Part shown: piece by piece, positions 60,340-64,000 of the stretch | Layout of the letters: every line of letters starts with the position of its first letter | Numbering within the stretch: the first letter of the stretch is position 1 | Notes under the pieces: generated by a model | The model's database searches: none | Told to the model about the DNA's origin: nothing | Seen by the model: only the letters and a program-made list of their open reading frames with translations | From: Chlorobiota bacterium | GTDB lineage: Bacteria > Bacteroidota > Ignavibacteria > Kapaibacteriales > NICIL-2 | Assembly: GCA_026415505.1 (NCBI GenBank) | Contig: JAOAGY010000010.1 | Span: 18-64,017 of the forward strand | Direction of reading: 5' to 3' | DNA length: 64,000 bases | Program-made: the position numbers and the translations under genes

Positions 60340-60741
60340 ATGCCTGTGACCGATGCAATCGGCGATTTCCTAACGCGGATTCGCAACGCGCAGCGAGCGC
60401 ACCATCGCACTGTGGATGCACCGGCATCGAAGCTCAAAGTCGCTATCGCCGAGATTCTCAAAGACCAGGGCTATATCGCCGATTACGAACTTCTCGATGG
60501 CGACGGTAGCGCTCAACCGACGCTGCGCGTGCACCTGAAGTACTATCAAGGTCAGCCCGTCATTCGCGAAATTCGGCGCATCAGCAAACCCGGTCTCCGC
60601 CGGTATGCGGGCGCCGACGAACTCCCGCGTGTCTATAACGGGCTGGGGATCGCGATCCTTTCGACGTCGAAAGGTGTCGTGACCGATAAACATGCTCGTC
60701 GGCTCAATGTCGGCGGCGAAATCATTTGCACAGTGTGGTAA
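60340..60741 (+). CDS. rpsH: 30S ribosomal protein S8
   Basis: DFLTRIRN, ISKPGLRRY, GLGIAILSTSKG, GGEI. Confidence 0.99.
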   Translation: MPVTDAIGDFLTRIRNAQRAHHRTVDAPASKLKVAIAEILKDQGYIADYELLDGDGSAQPTLRVHLKYYQGQPVIREIRRISKPGLRRYAGADELPRVYNGLGIAILSTSKGVVTDKHARRLNVGGEIICTVW

Positions 60742-60760
60742 CATTTTCTCTTCAGTAGCT

Positions 60761-61300
60761 GTGTCACGAGTCGGTCGCAAACCAGTCGAGATTCCAGCGG
60801 GCGTGACTGTCGTGCTCGAAGGTAACGTGCTCAGAGCAAAAGGTCCGCTCGGAGAACAAAGTCTGACAATTCCGGATGGCATTGCATGCCAGCGCGAGGG
60901 CAACCAGTTGGTATTTACGCGCGCCAATGATGAAAAGCATCTCCGCGCCCTGCATGGTACCACCCGCGCATTGGTAGCGAATATGCTCGCCGGTGTCAGT
61001 AAAGGTTTTGAAAAGCAGCTCGAATTGCAGGGCGTCGGGTACAAAGCAGAACTGCGCGGAAAAAATCTGGTGCTCTCGCTCGGATACTCCCATCCGGTCG
61101 TTTTTGTACCGCCGGATGGGGTGCAAATCCTTGTCCCAAGCCCGACGCAGGTATCGGTCAAAGGTTCCGATCGGCAACTGGTCGGGCAAATCGCAGCCGT
61201 CATTCGGAAGGTTCGCCCACCGGAACCCTACAAAGGGAAAGGTATCCGGTATGTCGGTGAATACGTCCGTCGAAAGGCTGGGAAAGCAGCTGGCAAGTAG
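60761..61300 (+). CDS. rplF: 50S ribosomal protein L6
   Basis: SRVGRKP, GVGYKA, PPEPYKGKGIRY; GTG start. Confidence 0.98.
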   Translation: MSRVGRKPVEIPAGVTVVLEGNVLRAKGPLGEQSLTIPDGIACQREGNQLVFTRANDEKHLRALHGTTRALVANMLAGVSKGFEKQLELQGVGYKAELRGKNLVLSLGYSHPVVFVPPDGVQILVPSPTQVSVKGSDRQLVGQIAAVIRKVRPPEPYKGKGIRYVGEYVRRKAGKAAGK

Positions 61301-61333
61301 CGGATAGATCACACCAACGCACGTAACGAAACG

Positions 61334-61696
61334 ATGATCGTCAATCACAAACTCGAACGTCGCAGTCGGCGGAAAAAAGGTATCCGCAAAAAAATTCGCG
61401 GCACGCCCGAGCGTCCCCGCTTGAGCGTCTTTCGGTCGCTCAAGCACATCTATGCGCAGATCATTGACGATACAGCCGGACGGACGCTGGCGAGCGCGTC
61501 GTCGCTCGATAAGGAGTTGTCGGTCGAGAACGGCGCTCGCAAACTCGACGTCAGCCGTGCTGTCGGTCGTTTGTTGGCACAGCGAGCTGTCGCAGCAGGT
61601 GTCAGTGCGGTCGCTTTCGATCGCAATGGTTTCCTCTATCACGGTAGAGTCCGCGCACTCGCCGAGGGCGCCCGTGAGGGCGGATTGCAGTTTTAG
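61334..61696 (+). CDS. rplR: 50S ribosomal protein L18
   Basis: [21 protein letters not shown]. Confidence 0.98.
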   Translation: MIVNHKLERRSRRKKGIRKKIRGTPERPRLSVFRSLKHIYAQIIDDTAGRTLASASSLDKELSVENGARKLDVSRAVGRLLAQRAVAAGVSAVAFDRNGFLYHGRVRALAEGAREGGLQF

Positions 61697-61720
61697 TAGT
61701 CAAACGTTCCCAACCCCGTC

Positions 61721-62224
61721 ATGGCACGAGCGAAAGTCTCGCAATTGAACTTGAACGATAAACTCGTCAGTGTCTCTCGGACAGCGAAAGTCGTCAAAGG
61801 CGGTCGCCGCTTTAGCTTTTCGGCGCTGGTGGTCGTCGGCGATGGGCAGGGTCACGTCGGCTACGGTTTAGGGAAAGCCGGCGAAGTCGTCGATGCTGTC
61901 CAGAAAGCGACCGAAGCAGCGAAAAAGAATGTCGTGCACGTGCAACTGCATGGTTCGACGATCCCGCACGAAGTTTTTGCCAAGTACGGTGCGGCAAAAG
62001 TGCTGCTTCGTCCGGCTGCGCCCGGTACCGGTATCATCGCTGCAGGCGGGGTACGGGCTGTCCTCGAAATGGTCGGCGTTCATGACGTGTTGACGAAATC
62101 GCTCGGTTCGTCCAATCCGCACAACGTTATCAAAGCGACGATCCGCGCGCTCGAACAGCTCGAAGACGTCACATCCGTCGCCGCACGGCGAGGTATCTCG
62201 GTCGAAAAAGTGCTCAACGGCTAA
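61721..62224 (+). CDS. rpsE: 30S ribosomal protein S5
   Basis: [28 protein letters not shown]. Confidence 0.99.
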   Translation: MARAKVSQLNLNDKLVSVSRTAKVVKGGRRFSFSALVVVGDGQGHVGYGLGKAGEVVDAVQKATEAAKKNVVHVQLHGSTIPHEVFAKYGAAKVLLRPAAPGTGIIAAGGVRAVLEMVGVHDVLTKSLGSSNPHNVIKATIRALEQLEDVTSVAARRGISVEKVLNG

Positions 62225-62235
62225 TGTCGGTAGCT

Positions 62236-62442
62236 ATGGCAAAAATTCGCATCACACAGATTCGCAGCGTCATTGACTCGAAAGAGCAGCACAAACGAAT
62301 CATCCGTGCGCTCGGACTCGGACGCCCGAAGTACTGGGTCGTTCACAACGATACACCGCAAATACGCGGTATGATAGCGAAGGTCTCGCATCTGGTGCGC
62401 GTCGAAGAACTTTCCAACGGTACCCATGAAGCACATCGGTAA
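62236..62442 (+). CDS. rpmD: 50S ribosomal protein L30
   Basis: ITQIRSVI, ALGL, IRGMIAKVSHLV. Confidence 0.96.
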   Translation: MAKIRITQIRSVIDSKEQHKRIIRALGLGRPKYWVVHNDTPQIRGMIAKVSHLVRVEELSNGTHEAHR

Positions 62443-62884
62443 TCTTTCGTATGCTCCGCGATCGCGCAAAGCGCGCAAGCGAATCGGACGCGGCGAAGGC
62501 TCCGGTCACGGTGGCACTTCCACGCGCGGACACAAAGGGCATCAGTCCCGCGGTAATCATCGCTACAAACGGAACTTCGAGGGTGGGCAGATGCCCTTGT
62601 CGCGCCGCATCCCGAAGTTCGGCTTCGTCAATGTGTTCCGCACCGAATATCAAGTGATCAACGTCGGACGACTCGACGAACTGGCGCGAGAGGGACGCAT
62701 CGGGACAGAGGTCACGCCGGAAACGCTCTACCGCGTCGGCGCGATCTCCAACCGAAACGTGCCTGTCAAAATTCTGGGCGATGGAGAGCTGACAGTTGCA
62801 CTTGCAGTTACGGCACAGAGTTTTTCGACATCGGCGAAGGAAAAAATCCTCGCCGCCGGCGGTCGTTGTACGGTCAGCGAGTAG
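62426..62884 (+). CDS. rplO: 50S ribosomal protein L15
   Basis: RIGRGEGSG, RGHKG, FEGGQMPL, KILGDG. Confidence 0.98.
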   Translation: MKHIGNLSYAPRSRKARKRIGRGEGSGHGGTSTRGHKGHQSRGNHRYKRNFEGGQMPLSRRIPKFGFVNVFRTEYQVINVGRLDELAREGRIGTEVTPETLYRVGAISNRNVPVKILGDGELTVALAVTAQSFSTSAKEKILAAGGRCTVSE

Positions 62885-62920
62885 TAGTTTCGCCAGTAGC
62901 GTTACATCTTTTCAGCATTC

Positions 62921-64000
62921 ATGGCAACGGTCATCGAGACAGTCCGCAACATCTTTCGCATCGAAGAGCTTCGTCAGCGCATCGTGTTCACTGTGCTGAT
63001 GCTCGTCGTGGTGCGGATCGGAGCGCACATCACGATCCCCGGCATAAACATCGAGGCGCTCAAAGCTTCGACGGCGACGAGCGATCCGAACAATCTGTTC
63101 GGACTCTACGATCTGTTCGTCGGTGGTGCCTTTCACAACGCCGCGATATTCGCGATGGGAATTATGCCGTACATTTCGGCATCCATCATCTTACAGCTTG
63201 CCGGCGTATTCGTGCCGGAGCTGATGAAGCTTCAGCGCGAAGGTGAAGAAGGGCGCCGCAAGATCAACCAGTGGACGCGCTACCTGACCGTTTTTGTTGC
63301 TGCCATGCAAGCGATCGGGCTGAGCATCAAGCTCACAGCCACCACCTCTGGCGTCAGTGGCGGTTCGATCGTCGTCGAACCGGGACTTCTCTTTACGTTG
63401 ACGGCAGTAGCGACGATGACCGCCGGAACGATCTTCCTCATGTGGATCGGCGAGCAAATTACCGAACGCGGTATCGGCAATGGTATCTCGCTCATTATCT
63501 TCATCGGCATCATCTCACGGCTTCCGGTCGCGATCCAAAACGAGCTGCAACTGATCAGTGCCGGTGCCCGCAACTGGGTCGTGGATTTGATCTTGGTGGC
63601 ATTCCTCGGCGTGATTGTAGCGCTCGTCGTCCTGGTGACGCAAGGCGCACGACGCATTCCGATTCAGTACGCCAAGCGCATCGAAGGACGCAAGCAGTAC
63701 GGTGGGCATACGACGTACATCCCGCTGCGTGTCAACACCGCCGGTGTGATGCCGATCATTTTCGCCTCGGCGATTTTGTTCATTCCGAACACGATCCTGA
63801 GCTTTTTCCCAGAAAATCAAACGCTCATCAACATCGCGCATTTATTCAGCGACCGTTCGGTTCTCCATGCGGTGCTGTACGCGGCGCTGATCATCTTTTT
63901 CACGTACTTCTACACGGCGATTGCGTTCAATCCGCGCCAAGTTGCCGATGACCTGAAACGAGCGCAAGGATTCATACCGGGTGTACGCCCTGGCAATCCA
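62921..64000 (+). CDS. secY: Preprotein translocase SecY (runs off the window end)
   Basis: Manual translation from ATG 62921: MATVIETVRNIFRIEELRQRIVFT...IFAMGIMPYISASII...GIGNGISLIIF...GVMPIIFA...FIPGVRPG. Confidence 0.97.
   Translation, partial: MATVIETVRNIFRIEELRQRIVFTVLMLVVVRIGAHITIPGINIEALKASTATSDPNNLFGLYDLFVGGAFHNAAIFAMGIMPYISASIILQLAGVFVPELMKLQREGEEGRRKINQWTRYLTVFVAAMQAIGLSIKLTATTSGVSGGSIVVEPGLLFTLTAVATMTAGTIFLMWIGEQITERGIGNGISLIIFIGIISRLPVAIQNELQLISAGARNWVVDLILVAFLGVIVALVVLVTQGARRIPIQYAKRIEGRKQYGGHTTYIPLRVNTAGVMPIIFASAILFIPNTILSFFPENQTLINIAHLFSDRSVLHAVLYAALIIFFTYFYTAIAFNPRQVADDLKRAQGFIPGVRPGNP

Noticed and set aside
1-64000. CRISPR arrays, IS elements, prophage genes, rRNA
   Set aside because: No regularly spaced repeats, transposase/integrase motifs or rRNA-like sequence were seen by eye.

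Overview
A very gene-dense, high-GC bacterial chromosomal segment made mostly of housekeeping genes. I found no CRISPR array, transposase, integrase or rRNA. Bacteroidota-type TAnnTT(T/C)G promoter motifs, T9SS-like C-terminal sorting domains, a kynurenine-route NAD gene pair (kmo-nadC), a mitochondrial-type aconitase and a sigma28-controlled flagellar filament locus point to a flagellated relative of Bacteroidota/Chlorobi/Ignavibacteria, possibly Ca. Kapabacteria (inference). From left to right: the 5' part of flagellin (missed by the ORF track); a crcB-usp-VWA cassette; fliS-fliD-flaG-(fliT-like)-flgM; ssb; mlaD; an O-methyltransferase; hpf; arginase, pdxH and argD; a stand-alone ARPP-1-like protein; aconitase; a co-oriented, partly lower-GC cluster resembling an NO/metal-stress regulon; doxX; a large hypothetical gene that runs into tRNA-Asn; prsW; an M16 peptidase; nadK with an orphan transhydrogenase subunit; many secreted and outer-membrane proteins including a 16-Cys protein paired with a T9SS cargo; and the str-S10-spc ribosomal superoperon up to a partial secY. 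Most notable observations: (1) the rpsN-rpsH spacer holds a hairpin, a candidate internal promoter and an RNA stem that mimics the S8-binding core of 16S rRNA helix 21, a candidate new S8 autoregulatory leader; (2) the str-operon EF-G has intact GTPase motifs but has lost the conserved domain IV translocation loops, like recycling-type EF-G2.
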